Source: a virus
Virus record (IMG/VR): IMGVR_UViG_3300020171_000003
Coordinates: 1 to 64,000 of that record
DNA length: 64,000 nt
Reading direction: 5' to 3' (one strand)
In this document: positions 1-10,299 of the stretch, in pieces
Position numbering within the stretch: position 1 is the first letter of the stretch
How the letters are laid out: every line of letters begins with the position of its first letter
Program-made: the position numbers and the translations under genes
The notes under the pieces: model-generated
Seen by the model: the letters and a program-made list of their open reading frames with translations, nothing else
Databases searched by the model: none
What the model was told of the DNA's origin: nothing

Positions 1-219
1 AATAGTAAACATAATATTTATCTTTCTAGAGCAGTAGATATTGCTCCATATCCTTATAATAAATATAAAAATGATGTAGCAAAACATTATGAAATGGCAG
101 CGTATGCTTTAGAGGTGGCTTCTGAAATGAAATTATCCGTTGTTTGGGGAGGAAACTATCAAATCCGAAAAGTTTCTAAATTAGTAGATTTACCACATTT
201 TAACCTTAAGGAGAAATAA
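1..219 (+). CDS. Endolysin, peptidase M15 (L-Ala-D-Glu peptidase-like), 5'-truncated by the window edge
   Basis: Frame 1 reads NSKHNIYLSRAVDIAPYP...VVWGGNY...DLPHFNL*, with the SxH..A-D, WGG and DxPH motifs of M15 endolysins. Confidence 0.85.
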   Translation, partial: NSKHNIYLSRAVDIAPYPYNKYKNDVAKHYEMAAYALEVASEMKLSVVWGGNYQIRKVSKLVDLPHFNLKEK

Positions 220-221
220 AT

Positions 222-464
222 ATGATTTTAGGTTCAATCGGTGTGAGTGTTATTATTAGTATTTTGTTACAATTGATTTTTGGAACTTTTATAATTAAAA
301 ATAAATTGAAACCTTTTATTTCTGTTTTTTTAGGCTTAGGTTTTGGTGTTGTTTGTTTTTATTATGATGCAGGTTCCGGATTTAAAATATTAATTGACTA
401 TTTAGTACAAGGTTTTATGACAGGAGCAACTGCTGTAGGTCTTTACGAAATGGTTAAAAAATAA
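222..464 (+). CDS. Holin
   Basis: 80 aa with 2-3 TM segments, C-terminal GFMTGATAVGLYE..KK typical of small holins; directly follows the endolysin. Confidence 0.75.
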   Translation: MILGSIGVSVIISILLQLIFGTFIIKNKLKPFISVFLGLGFGVVCFYYDAGSGFKILIDYLVQGFMTGATAVGLYEMVKK

Positions 465-473
465 GGAGAAGGT

Positions 474-794
474 ATGAGAAAATTAAATTATTTAGTTATT
501 TTATTTTTATGTGGAAGCTTAATTAGTTGTGCTACTTTGGGAATTGATCTGAATACTCCTCAAAAGAAATATCTTGCTGCCAGAGTAGAATTTAATGATA
601 TGATGGAGCAATATATTAAAGTAGCTGCTACTATTCCGATGGAAAAAAGAGTAAATATTCGTACAGCTTTAAAAGCAACGGATACAGCCCTTGATACTTG
701 GGAGAAGCATGTAATGGATAAGAATTATGATTTTACAAAGGATAGACAAGTTTGGCTTGATTGTAAAAATTTATTGTTGGAGGTGTTAAAATGA
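474..794 (+). CDS. Lipoprotein (possibly spanin/lysis-associated)
   Basis: Signal peptide with lipobox LISC; lies in the lysis cassette. Confidence 0.55.
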   Translation: MRKLNYLVILFLCGSLISCATLGIDLNTPQKKYLAARVEFNDMMEQYIKVAATIPMEKRVNIRTALKATDTALDTWEKHVMDKNYDFTKDRQVWLDCKNLLLEVLK

Positions 795-967
795 GTATGA
801 ACAGAGAAGAAATTATTAATGTTTCCGGAGTCCTTCTGGATGTGATTATTACTTTAATTGCTAAATACCAAAAGATTACTCAAATGAACTATGAAGAAGT
901 AATAAACATGATTAAAGAGGAATCATTGAGATCAAATAGACTTCTTAAGGAGGAGGAGGAAATATGA
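791..967 (+). CDS. Small protein (58 aa) not in the ORF track
   Basis: ATGA overlaps at both ends, GGAGG RBS; MSMNREEIINVSGVLLDVIITLIAKYQK... Confidence 0.6.
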   Translation: MSMNREEIINVSGVLLDVIITLIAKYQKITQMNYEEVINMIKEESLRSNRLLKEEEEI

Positions 968-1371
968 AAAAATCAATCATTGCAACATTGTTGTTCTTGG
1001 CCATGGCCTTTTCAGTTTCCGCAGCTTCTTTACAGTGGGATACCCCAACGGATTGGGACAAAATCACAGGTTATGTGGTTTACTTCAACGAAGCGGGACA
1101 AACAGACACGCCTTATTCTAAAACGGTTTTAAAGGCCTCTGTGGTAAAGACAACGGCCACGGTAACATTGGCGAACATGGACACCCTTTGCAATTTGCAG
1201 TACGGGCAGGATTATACGATGTGGCTGAAAGCGTATAATGCCGCTGGTGAGTCTGGAGCAAGTAATACCGTCGCTTTTGCTAAACCAGGATGGGCACCCC
1301 CTGGGGATATGTTGCCAGAGGGAAGTTTAATCACGATACCAAATGCAGCGGTCACGATTCAGATAAAATGA
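964..1371 (+). CDS. Secreted fibronectin type III domain protein
   Basis: Signal peptide (AFSVSA); FN3 pattern LQWD..GYVVY...Y...LKAYNAAGES..SN. Confidence 0.75.
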   Translation: MKKSIIATLLFLAMAFSVSAASLQWDTPTDWDKITGYVVYFNEAGQTDTPYSKTVLKASVVKTTATVTLANMDTLCNLQYGQDYTMWLKAYNAAGESGASNTVAFAKPGWAPPGDMLPEGSLITIPNAAVTIQIK

Positions 1372-1721
1372 AATGGCTATGGGCCTTAATATTTTTATGT
1401 AACTCGGTTTATGCAGACAGCTTGCCTCAGTCGCAGGTTGTCTCGCAGCCGAATAATGTACGATTTGAAGGAGAAGTAACACAAATGTCTTTTCCAACAA
1501 CAGGGATACTGGACAACTTTAACCGATCTGATACAGCACCCATGACAGGATGGTGGGATCATTCTGGTGGATTTAGTGCCAACGGCTCAACCTGTCAGCC
1601 AGTTGATGCCAGTTTTAATTTGATGGGTTACGACACTTATTTTTCCGGTCATGTGGAAATGTACTTGACCATGGCCACAAAACCTGGAGAAACTTTAACT
1701 TTGGCTTACGATGAGATTTAG
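1368..1721 (+). CDS. Hypothetical exported or virion protein, possibly chimeric
   Basis: Probable start MKWLWALIFLC overlapping the upstream stop (ATGA); GC drops near 1690. Confidence 0.4.
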   Translation: MKWLWALIFLCNSVYADSLPQSQVVSQPNNVRFEGEVTQMSFPTTGILDNFNRSDTAPMTGWWDHSGGFSANGSTCQPVDASFNLMGYDTYFSGHVEMYLTMATKPGETLTLAYDEI

Positions 1722-1797
1722 GTATTGAAAATATTTTTAATTTTTATTGACATATATAAAAGTTAATGTTGTATGCTTATTTAAAAGGTTTATATTT

Positions 1798-2097
1798 ATG
1801 ATCCAAGATAATTATATTTGGGAAGCTGAAAAGAAAGACGGGACTATTTTAACTACCGGAGAGTATTTAGAAGATGTTGTTCGTTTTTCTTTTATCCCCA
1901 CTAATTTTAATGTTCAAAGACATGACATTATCGGAGTACCTTTAATTAGAAGATTCAATAGAGGATTTATTAACGGTTTAGGTGGTGGTATGAAAGAATA
2001 CCTTCTTTGTGTAGTTTCTTCTACTTTTAGACTTTATGTTAAATCCAGTAATGGAGTTATTTTAATTACTCCTCCTGATTATGAACTTTATTTATAA
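1798..2097 (+). CDS. Hypothetical phage protein
   Basis: ORF, probable start MIQDNYIWEAE. Confidence 0.55.
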   Translation: MIQDNYIWEAEKKDGTILTTGEYLEDVVRFSFIPTNFNVQRHDIIGVPLIRRFNRGFINGLGGGMKEYLLCVVSSTFRLYVKSSNGVILITPPDYELYL

Positions 2098-2107
2098 AGG
2101 TGATTAT

Positions 2108-2407
2108 ATGGATACATTAAAAGTTTTTTCCCCTAAACAAGTAGATGAACAATACTTTTTAGGTTTTAATTTTACTGATGATATTGGTTCGGAAACAATA
2201 CAAAGTGCTACTGTTACCGCTATTTGTAATGGTGTGGACGTTACTTCTGATCTCATTACGACTTTAGATCAAATAATAGTAAATCCTTATGTTTATTTTT
2301 GGATAAAGGGGGGAGTAAAAGGTGAAACCTATAAAATAGATTGTCAAGTTGTTTGTTCGGAAGATAGTGTTTATGAAGTTACCGGATATATAAAAGTTAA
2401 AGATTAA
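2108..2407 (+). CDS. Tail fibre adaptor-like virion protein
   Basis: K..E..F.GF.F...I.SATVT...V.FWIKGG..GETYKI.C.V pattern seen in phage fibre-attachment proteins. Confidence 0.5.
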   Translation: MDTLKVFSPKQVDEQYFLGFNFTDDIGSETIQSATVTAICNGVDVTSDLITTLDQIIVNPYVYFWIKGGVKGETYKIDCQVVCSEDSVYEVTGYIKVKD

Positions 2408-3021
2408 ACAACTGTTACAATACTTTCTTTTCCTTTTTTAGTAACTTTAAATATTTTATCAGCTTGGGCATGAATTTCTTCTTGATGAGACACCATAATA
2501 ATTTGTAGACCAATCTCTTTTGTTAATTTTTGAAGAAGCTCGGAAGCATTTTTATGTTTATCAGAACTAAGGTCTTTAAAAGGTTCATCCAAAGTTAAGA
2601 CAGGACTATTTGGATTTAAAGACCACATCATAATTCTATTACCAAATCCAGCAATGCCAAGAAGTCCTCCACCAGCTGAATCAATTGGTTTATCTAAATT
2701 ACCTTCTTCATCAAAATAAAAACAACATTCTACTTGATTCCTCTTTGTTGTTATTTCTGCTATTTGTTTTGGAGAAGAAGGATCAATAGCAAATAAAGCT
2801 GAGGTTGGTAATGTAGATAAATGAAATTCCAAGTTTTTTAAAGTTTCTTCTGCAATAACTTGGAGAAAAGAACGAGCCTCTTTAGTGTTTACCTCTTCGA
2901 TCTCTAAACTATATAGCAAAGTGTCTAAATCTTTTTTCTTTGTTTGGAGAAATCGAAAGGAGGCTTTCTCATCATTGAGTTTATCCACTATTCTTTCTTG
3001 TTCTTCTTTAGAAATTATCAT
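2404..3021 (-). CDS. SbcC/Rad50 C-terminal half (ABC signature and Walker B)
   Basis: SAGGG signature, LTLDEPF Walker B/D-loop, MVSHQ H-loop; no Walker A. Confidence 0.85.
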   Translation of the reverse strand: MIISKEEQERIVDKLNDEKASFRFLQTKKKDLDTLLYSLEIEEVNTKEARSFLQVIAEETLKNLEFHLSTLPTSALFAIDPSSPKQIAEITTKRNQVECCFYFDEEGNLDKPIDSAGGGLLGIAGFGNRIMMWSLNPNSPVLTLDEPFKDLSSDKHKNASELLQKLTKEIGLQIIMVSHQEEIHAQADKIFKVTKKGKESIVTVV

Positions 3022-3027
3022 TTTTCC

Positions 3028-3261
3028 TTACCAATCATATTTTTCTTTTAATTGTTCATAGGATTTTGTAATTACGGCTTCTGCTGTAATAATTTCTTTA
3101 TTTAAGTTGGAGAGGTAAGAATCTACTTTTTTACTATCCACACCTAAATCTTTAAGTTGTTTTTCTAAAGAAGATATTTGACCATCTACCGTAGCTTCTT
3201 CTTTTTCTGCTCTTAATATTTCTTTATCCAATTTTTCAAAGTCTTCAATTATTTGTTTCAT
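3028..3261 (-). CDS. Short coiled-coil protein (possible detached Rad50 arm segment)
   Basis: Heptad-rich 77 aa directly upstream of the Rad50 C-terminal half. Confidence 0.5.
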   Translation of the reverse strand: MKQIIEDFEKLDKEILRAEKEEATVDGQISSLEKQLKDLGVDSKKVDSYLSNLNKEIITAEAVITKSYEQLKEKYDW

Positions 3262-3644
3262 GGTCGTTCTCCATTATGATAAAATATAGACATGTCACAG
3301 CATGGACATTCAATCACTGGCATAAATTCTCTTGTTTTGGAATCATATTCACTATTCCCTGGAATGCGCTCCTGTGAATCATGATCATGTGTTTCCGGTT
3401 CAAAAATTTTATTTGTGTCAAGAACTACTCCGCAGAAATCACACGATATTAATTTCATATTTCCTCCGCATTTAGAAAGGCAAACTGTTCTTCTTCTGTT
3501 AAGTTTTCAATACATTTAAAGGATTGGTGTGTAGAACAAAACCCATCACCAGGACCTCCGCATAGTATTCGATGATCTCCTATTTCTATAATTTCAGATG
3601 TATCTTGAGCAGTATAAACAACCTTTGCTTTCATATTTAACTCC

Positions 3645-4109
3645 TTAGTAAATTAAAAGACCTGTTGCTGTTATTGTGTAAACTCCCCATTCTAAATTTT
3701 TATTTTCTCCTAACCAATCTCTATCACCTTTATTAAAAACTATTTCAGAAAAATTACCGAAGTCAACACCTTTTGTAAAGTAACTATCTCTTTTATAGAT
3801 GTTTAAAAATATTGAAGGAATAATTTGAGTAATAAAAGCACTTCTTACAAAAGCTTCTCTTTCTCCATTTGATATTGGTTCTTTTATATATTCTGTTAAT
3901 CCTCTTTGTTCCCATTCTAAACCTTTTGATTCAAGATATATTACATGACCAATATAATGAGTAGCAAAAGCGAAAAGAACACCTTCTCCAAACTCAATAT
4001 AATCTTGTTTTGTAGCTTCTTTAAATTTCAAAGATTCTACTTCGTTTATCTTCCACCCTGGACAACAAGAGGATAGAAATAATAGTGAACAAATAATAAA
4101 GGTTTTCAT
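3645..4109 (-). CDS. Lipoprotein/membrane protein
   Basis: MKTFIICSLLFLSSC lipobox-like N-terminus. Confidence 0.5.
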   Translation of the reverse strand: MKTFIICSLLFLSSCCPGWKINEVESLKFKEATKQDYIEFGEGVLFAFATHYIGHVIYLESKGLEWEQRGLTEYIKEPISNGEREAFVRSAFITQIIPSIFLNIYKRDSYFTKGVDFGNFSEIVFNKGDRDWLGENKNLEWGVYTITATGLLIY

Positions 4110-4388
4110 TCTAAATCCCATATATCTTCCCAAGTTGAATAATAAATTCCGAAAAAGTATTTTCTATATGTAAGTTTATACATCTTATTTTGTATTATCC
4201 AAGAAAAAGTACAAGTAATTTCAAACATTTTTTTCTCCTTTAAATTTCAAAGATTAGTTTTAAAAAATCCCTCGGCCTTCAATAGTCTATTTACCAATGC
4301 TGACTTGGAATCAGTATTTTTTTCTGCAAACTCGATCCTTTCTTTTTTGTTTTGAACAAAAGTTAATAAATAAGGCCGAGGGAAACTA

Positions 4389-4652
4389 TTATACTAATAA
4401 ATCTTTTTCCTTTATTTTCCTGATTTTCTTAATTGCTTTTCTTAACTCATCCTTATCATTATTACGTTTTATATTAAATACTGTCACACCTGATTTTCTT
4501 TGTAATGTGATTACAGTTGGAAATCTATCATAATTAAAATATTTACTTATTTTTTGGTTACCACTTGAACCTTCATTTTCTAAAGCGCAATAAAAAGCGG
4601 CAATTAAACCTTGTTTAGAATTTACTTTTATTTGTTAAGTATTGAACTCCAT
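4389..4652 (-). pseudogene. 87-codon ORF with an in-frame TAA at codon 6
   Basis: GAGGTG RBS, then ATG GAG TTC AAT ACT TAA CAA ATA..., then open to TAA at 4389. Confidence 0.5.
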
Positions 4653-5039
4653 TTTACACCTCGTCTTATTAATTTTTTGTTTACAGTTTCTTTTACTTCT
4701 TCTGGAACACTTTTTTCTTTACAAGCAACAATATGAGGACAAGTTCTACAACCTGACATGTGACTATCATATTTTCCAAATTTAAGAATAGGTTCACATA
4801 CACAAATCAATTTATTCTCCAATACCATAAAGGACACTTTTCTTTTTTACATACTAAAACATTATTCCAACCTCTTCTAATACAACAATCATTTTTAGTT
4901 TCTATCATTTTATCCGGACAACTTTTTGCTAATCTCTGAAACTTAATTTCATCTAAATCTTTCCAAGTAATAGGTTTATCAGAAATACTTTTTTCTATCT
5001 CTAATTCTTTTACTTCTTCAGGATATTTTATTTCTTCTG

Positions 5040-5954
5040 TCATCCTAACCTCCTCAGCGCATCCGCTATTATATTGTTACTAATATTTTGAACTTCTTTC
5101 TTTAAGGTTACAATTTTAACAGAAACATTTTTCTTGAAATCTAATCCGTTTATTTTAGTTTTTGTTTTAATATTCTCTATAAATTTTGCCAAGTTCTCGT
5201 TCTGTTTTTTTTCTTTTTCATGACTTTCAAAAGAAAGAACATTACTCTTAATCGGAATTTCTACTTGTTCTGCTTCTCCAGTTTTTGTATTTAAAATCCA
5301 ACAACAAGGTTTATGATCTTTTTGTGTTACGTTTGAGCGAAGCATAGAACCAGGATTAATTAAAAGTTTATCTCCATCTTCAATATAAAAAGACTTATGA
5401 TTATCTCCAGATATAATATAATCAAACGGGAACTTTTTAAGAAAATGTTTTCCTTTATCAAAATCTTCTTGTCCTGGCCATAATTTTTCTGATTCTAAAA
5501 TCATTGAATGAATTGCAAGAATATTTATTTTACCTTTTTCAGGAGAAACTGTTTCTTCTCCCCAGGAACTTCCATAAAGATGAATGTTGCCTTCTACTAT
5601 TGCCGGAATTTCTGATAAAATACTAACAACTCCAGCGGCCTCTAAAATTGCTGTAGGTGTATTCAATTTATCAGAAGAATGGTATCGCAAATCATGTTGT
5701 CCGAAAACAGTAAAAATATGTATTCCATGTTCTTTCCATTTTCTAAAAAATCTTAGCATATCTTGTTTTACAAAATCAGATTCTTTCCAAGAGTCAAATA
5801 AATCTCCAGGTTGAATTACTACTTTGATTTTTTCTGCAATGCATAGATCAAAAACCCATTGTAATTTATACTTTACGGTTTCGTAGTAATTGTCTGTTCG
5901 GTTTTTGGGTTGATGATCCGTTATGTGAACATCCCCCATCGCTAATATTTTCAT
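5040..5954 (-). CDS. SbcD/Mre11 metallophosphoesterase nuclease
   Basis: GDVH, GDLFD, GQHD, GDNH, NPGS motifs. Confidence 0.9.
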   Translation of the reverse strand: MKILAMGDVHITDHQPKNRTDNYYETVKYKLQWVFDLCIAEKIKVVIQPGDLFDSWKESDFVKQDMLRFFRKWKEHGIHIFTVFGQHDLRYHSSDKLNTPTAILEAAGVVSILSEIPAIVEGNIHLYGSSWGEETVSPEKGKINILAIHSMILESEKLWPGQEDFDKGKHFLKKFPFDYIISGDNHKSFYIEDGDKLLINPGSMLRSNVTQKDHKPCCWILNTKTGEAEQVEIPIKSNVLSFESHEKEKKQNENLAKFIENIKTKTKINGLDFKKNVSVKIVTLKKEVQNISNNIIADALRRLG

Positions 5955-7044
5955 TAGTATCGGTTATCTCCTTATTACAGAAAGGGCAAACTTTTAGCTC
6001 ATTAAACAATACTTTTCTCTTTTCTTTTAGTGTCTCCGTCAATTCTTTAGTGTCGTCCTTCAACGATCTATAAGAAAGTAACTCATTATGTATAGTCTTA
6101 ATTTTATCGTGCTGGATTTTGATGGTTTGAAGTGCTTTGCTTTTTTCAATTAAATCTTGGATAACTTCTCTTTTAGGAAATTTAGTTTGAAGGTCTTTCT
6201 GTTTGTTCTGCCATTTTACTAATTCATCTTTGAGTAATTCTATTTTATTATAAGAAGGATAAAGAGTTCCGGTTAAATGTGTAATTTCTTTTTTTATTTT
6301 TTGATATAAAGGAACAATATTTAACCATTCTTGAATTTCCTTTTTATCTTCTTTAGCAATCTGTAATCCTACAGATATTTTTTGGACTCTTTGAATTTTG
6401 TCGTTAGTTTCTTCTACAAACCGGATTTTATTTGTGATTTCCAATATGAGTTTTTCTACTGCATCTAAGTAGGATAGCTCTGAAAGTTTTTCGTTAGTAT
6501 CGGTTAACTCCCTTTCCACATTATTTTTTCTTGTGACCACTTTATCAAGATAGGTATTAGAAACAGTTTTTACGGAATCAATGATTTGAAGGTCAACAGC
6601 CTCAGATATTTTCTTACCAATTTCACCAGGCGTCCAGTCTTGTAGAAGATAAAATTTTTCATGTTGTCCTTGGATATTAATATCATTCAATCCAGATATT
6701 ATTTTTATTTCTTCCGGAACATCTGTCCTCAAAGCTTCTAATTTAAAAGCTGGAATAGAACTACTTTCTCCTTCATAACCATTAAATTTAGTATTTTTAA
6801 TTCTTTTAATATAACCATCTTTAAAATTAATTCTTACAAACATTTCAGTGGAAGCAGAAACATACCAGTTTCTAAATCCAGCAGATGGTCTATTTAAAAT
6901 ACACCATTTAATAGCTCTGATTAATGTAGATTTTCCTGCGTTAGTAGAACCAATTATAACATTAAAACCATCAACAAATTCAAATTTTGAATGAGTGTAT
7001 CCTTGAAAGTTCTTTATTTCTATTGATTCAATATATTGATTCAT
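5866..7044 (-). CDS. SbcC/Rad50 N-terminal half (Walker A, coiled coil, zinc hook)
   Basis: IEIKNFQ, GSTNAGKST, Q-loop QGQ, coiled coil ending in CPFC. Confidence 0.85.
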   Translation of the reverse strand: MNQYIESIEIKNFQGYTHSKFEFVDGFNVIIGSTNAGKSTLIRAIKWCILNRPSAGFRNWYVSASTEMFVRINFKDGYIKRIKNTKFNGYEGESSSIPAFKLEALRTDVPEEIKIISGLNDINIQGQHEKFYLLQDWTPGEIGKKISEAVDLQIIDSVKTVSNTYLDKVVTRKNNVERELTDTNEKLSELSYLDAVEKLILEITNKIRFVEETNDKIQRVQKISVGLQIAKEDKKEIQEWLNIVPLYQKIKKEITHLTGTLYPSYNKIELLKDELVKWQNKQKDLQTKFPKREVIQDLIEKSKALQTIKIQHDKIKTIHNELLSYRSLKDDTKELTETLKEKRKVLFNELKVCPFCNKEITDTNENISDGGCSHNGSSTQKPNRQLLRNRKV

Positions 7045-7307
7045 TGCATCCTCTTTTTTATAACAATATCGGTAACAAAATCGTTATGTATTAATTTGGA
7101 ATTAATCTCAATATTGTTTTCAAAGGTTAGATAGCAGGGCGGACAATCAGCAACCACACATAATTCTTTTAAAAGATCAGTTGGAATTATAATTATTTGA
7201 TCATCAAAAACCTCATCTTCTATAAAGTCATTGATTAAAGATTTTCGGAATGATCTTGATAAGGTTCTTTTTTTGTTTGTTTCAAGAGAAGGGTGTTTAA
7301 TTACCAT

Positions 7308-7643
7308 TTATTTTTTCCTTATGTTATTAACACTTTTGGGATTAGCTAATTTATCCCAATCTCTAAATCGCATATGGACAATATCATTTTCATGACGTTG
7401 ACCTGTAATATGCACTATAACAACAGGTATTTTATTTTCAGGACAATTGGCTTCTGCTTGTTTCATGGCTGCTTCGCCTCTGTATGCTTTATAAGCTTTT
7501 GCTTCAATGCTGTAAGTGTGGTGTTTAATATCTTCTCCACCAAGTGTCCCTACGTTCATTCCGTTTGTCATTTTGGAAAGTTTGGCTTGGAAAGCTCGTC
7601 CTCTCCTTTTATTTTGGATTACTATTTTTCTTTTATCGGCCAT
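7308..7643 (-). CDS. PD-(D/E)xK Holliday junction resolvase-like nuclease
   Basis: RRGRAFQ...GEDI...SIEAK...AMKQAEAN...PVVI. Confidence 0.65.
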   Translation of the reverse strand: MADKRKIVIQNKRRGRAFQAKLSKMTNGMNVGTLGGEDIKHHTYSIEAKAYKAYRGEAAMKQAEANCPENKIPVVIVHITGQRHENDIVHMRFRDWDKLANPKSVNNIRKK

Positions 7644-8383
7644 GATTATATAGTTTCTTAGTTAATTGGTATAATTTTCTTTTTTCATCAGAAATAATAT
7701 TACCTGATTTAGTATCTCTAAAATATTTTCTAAATTTAGGGGAGAAATCTTCACCATAAACTATTTTTCTAATCTTTTTCGCTACTTTTCCATTCATCTA
7801 TATTACCTCCTAAATCAGCAATTATGTTATTATTATAAAAATTTTGGCTTTCTCCATAAGTGTAAGTGCAAGCATATTCAAAGACTTCATAAAATTGCAT
7901 CATTCCATTATATAGACCATCGAAATTTTTTGAATGCATAATATCAAAAATAGGATCAAAAGAATAAGTGGCTGCTAAAACTTTTAATTTAAAACGGTAA
8001 GCTTCTTCATCAGAATTATCTTCAAGAACCTTAACGATAGCAATAAAATCTTCTTCTTTATATTGGTACTTCTTTCCGACTTTAACGAAATCCCATCCCC
8101 TTCTACCTGATCGTGCCATTTTATTTTACCTCCTCCCAACCTATACTTTTTAAAACAAGTTGAGCGTCATGTGAATACCATTCAAATCCTATTTCATCAG
8201 CTTTTAACATTTCCAAAAGAATTTCTAAAGAATCAATAACCTCAAGTCTTTTTGCTTCCCATTGATCTTCTGTAAAATTTTCAGGTAAAGTTGCAGGAAG
8301 TGTTGCCGTTGTGTACATTTTTATTCTCCTTTTGTTTAAACTATCTATTTGTTTTTATTAGATAATATAACATGAACCTTTCT

Positions 8384-9217
8384 TTAAGTCAAGTTAAAAT
8401 TTGTTGTCCATTCAAAATTCTTTTCAGAAGAAAGAAAGTACCTGAAATTCAATTCTTTAAAAACGTGTAAGAAGTCTTTAGAATACAAGGTCTCGCTTTG
8501 TAGTTCAAATGTAGCGGTTCCTTCTATCGGTAATTTTAAGAATGATTCATTTCTTTTTATCAGTTCATCATACGCACCACTGACAATACTTTTAAACTTT
8601 TTGGAACCAGGTGAAAGAGTTCCTTTTAAATACGATATAGCAGAAACATGACCAACATCTGGAACACCTTTCAAACCTTTTGCTGCATAATCCCCTGCAA
8701 TAGATTTTACTTTCCACCATAGAGAAGGATCTATTCCGTGTTTCTTAATAAAATCTGATTTATTAAAATACTTTTTATTTATGATAGAATAGGAAAAAAC
8801 AAGATCATTAAGAAGTTGGTACATATCATTATCAGAAGTAACTATAGTTATCTGGTTATTTGGATGAGATTTTACAAAGGATGCAATAACATCATCCCCT
8901 TCAAATCCTTTCTGATACAATATATTTTTAAATCCTAAAGCTGGTAAAATTATTTCTCTAATTTGATCAAATTGCTTATAGGCACTAAGATCATTTTCAG
9001 TTGGTGTTTCCTTTTCTTTGTAATCAGTAAGGAGAGTTTTTCGTTTACTCTCCTTACTATCCCAAGCGAAAACAAAATTGTCTGTAGGTATCGTTTTAGC
9101 ATAAGAAAGAAGTCGATCTAAAAATCCAAAGATTATTCCTCCTTTTCTCAGGAAAGCTTCATCTAAAGAGTGTTTAACAGTATGGCAGACACCGTTACAG
9201 TCAATTATTGTAATCAT
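8384..9217 (-). CDS. 5'-3' exonuclease / flap endonuclease (T4 RNase H-like)
   Basis: IIDCN, FAWDS, YK, FEGDDVIA, SDNDMYQ, GD..GVPDVG. Confidence 0.9.
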   Translation of the reverse strand: MITIIDCNGVCHTVKHSLDEAFLRKGGIIFGFLDRLLSYAKTIPTDNFVFAWDSKESKRKTLLTDYKEKETPTENDLSAYKQFDQIREIILPALGFKNILYQKGFEGDDVIASFVKSHPNNQITIVTSDNDMYQLLNDLVFSYSIINKKYFNKSDFIKKHGIDPSLWWKVKSIAGDYAAKGLKGVPDVGHVSAISYLKGTLSPGSKKFKSIVSGAYDELIKRNESFLKLPIEGTATFELQSETLYSKDFLHVFKELNFRYFLSSEKNFEWTTNFNLT

Positions 9218-10299
9218 TATTCAAATCGTCCTGGTCGTTTAAATTCTCGTTCTTTTTCCTGTTCTTTCCAAACTTCACCTACTATGTTTCGTATATCATT
9301 ATGTAGTTGATTTTCTTCGGCAAACTTTACAAAGTTAGAAGGTAGACCTTTGAAATTCCATTCCGGGACAATAAGAGAATTAACTGCTTTTTTCCAGAAA
9401 CCAGCATCCATTAAAAAGAAAACATTACTTGTTAGATCATCAATTCCATATCCATCATAAACAGGAAAATATGCAGTTCTCTTTTTACCGGTTATTTTAT
9501 TCTTGGTCACCCTTGCTTCTACATCATGACCTAGTTCTACTTTTGCTCTACCTATTCCAGTAGTTATTTTTTGGTCAACTGCAAGCCACATAATATGAGT
9601 ACAATAAAAAGTAAGAGCATCACCTCCTGTTCTTATTTTTGGTCTGAACATAGCACCAGGACCAATATTTGATCTTGTTTGTGAAATGAAAGAAACATGA
9701 CCTTCAACCTTTTTAATATCTTTTTTAATTACTCGTAACATTTCACTTATTAATTTCGGTTTTTCCATTTTATAACTGCCTTTAGTTTCTTCTCCTCCTT
9801 TCTCTTTTAATATTTTTTGATCGACTCTTTTCATTTCTTCCTCACAAGTTAAGGAATCTAAAGAGTCTTGGAAGTAAATAAAAGGTTCTCCTTTTCTGAT
9901 CAATGTTAAAAGTAAACCATAAACTTCTTCCACTGTATTAGATTCTTCTATTATTATTCTATCATTCAATTTACTTCCGAACATTTTTTTAATATCAAAA
10001 GAACAAGCGGCTTCTGCATCATCATAAATCAATTGGAAATCTTTAAATCTTTTTCTATTGGCACATTCTGCTAAGGAAGTTAATGCAAGGACAGTTTTAC
10101 CTGTAAAGCTGTCCCCTACTATGTTTGATACTTTTCCGATGCCATATCCACCGTTAGGTTCATCTGATAAACAACAATTAAGATGAGTTGACCCTGATGG
10201 AATTAGATGATCAGGGTCAAGTTTTTCAACTTCTTCTTCCTCTTCTTTAGGGTTATCTATTTGGTCAACTAAATCGGATCTTTTCTTTAATTGGGACAT
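9217..10299 (-). CDS. RecA/UvsX recombinase
   Basis: Walker A GDSFTGKT, YDDAE, QDSL, ISQTR, GGDALTFY, KNK. Confidence 0.9.
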   Translation of the reverse strand: MSQLKKRSDLVDQIDNPKEEEEEVEKLDPDHLIPSGSTHLNCCLSDEPNGGYGIGKVSNIVGDSFTGKTVLALTSLAECANRKRFKDFQLIYDDAEAACSFDIKKMFGSKLNDRIIIEESNTVEEVYGLLLTLIRKGEPFIYFQDSLDSLTCEEEMKRVDQKILKEKGGEETKGSYKMEKPKLISEMLRVIKKDIKKVEGHVSFISQTRSNIGPGAMFRPKIRTGGDALTFYCTHIMWLAVDQKITTGIGRAKVELGHDVEARVTKNKITGKKRTAYFPVYDGYGIDDLTSNVFFLMDAGFWKKAVNSLIVPEWNFKGLPSNFVKFAEENQLHNDIRNIVGEVWKEQEKEREFKRPGRFE

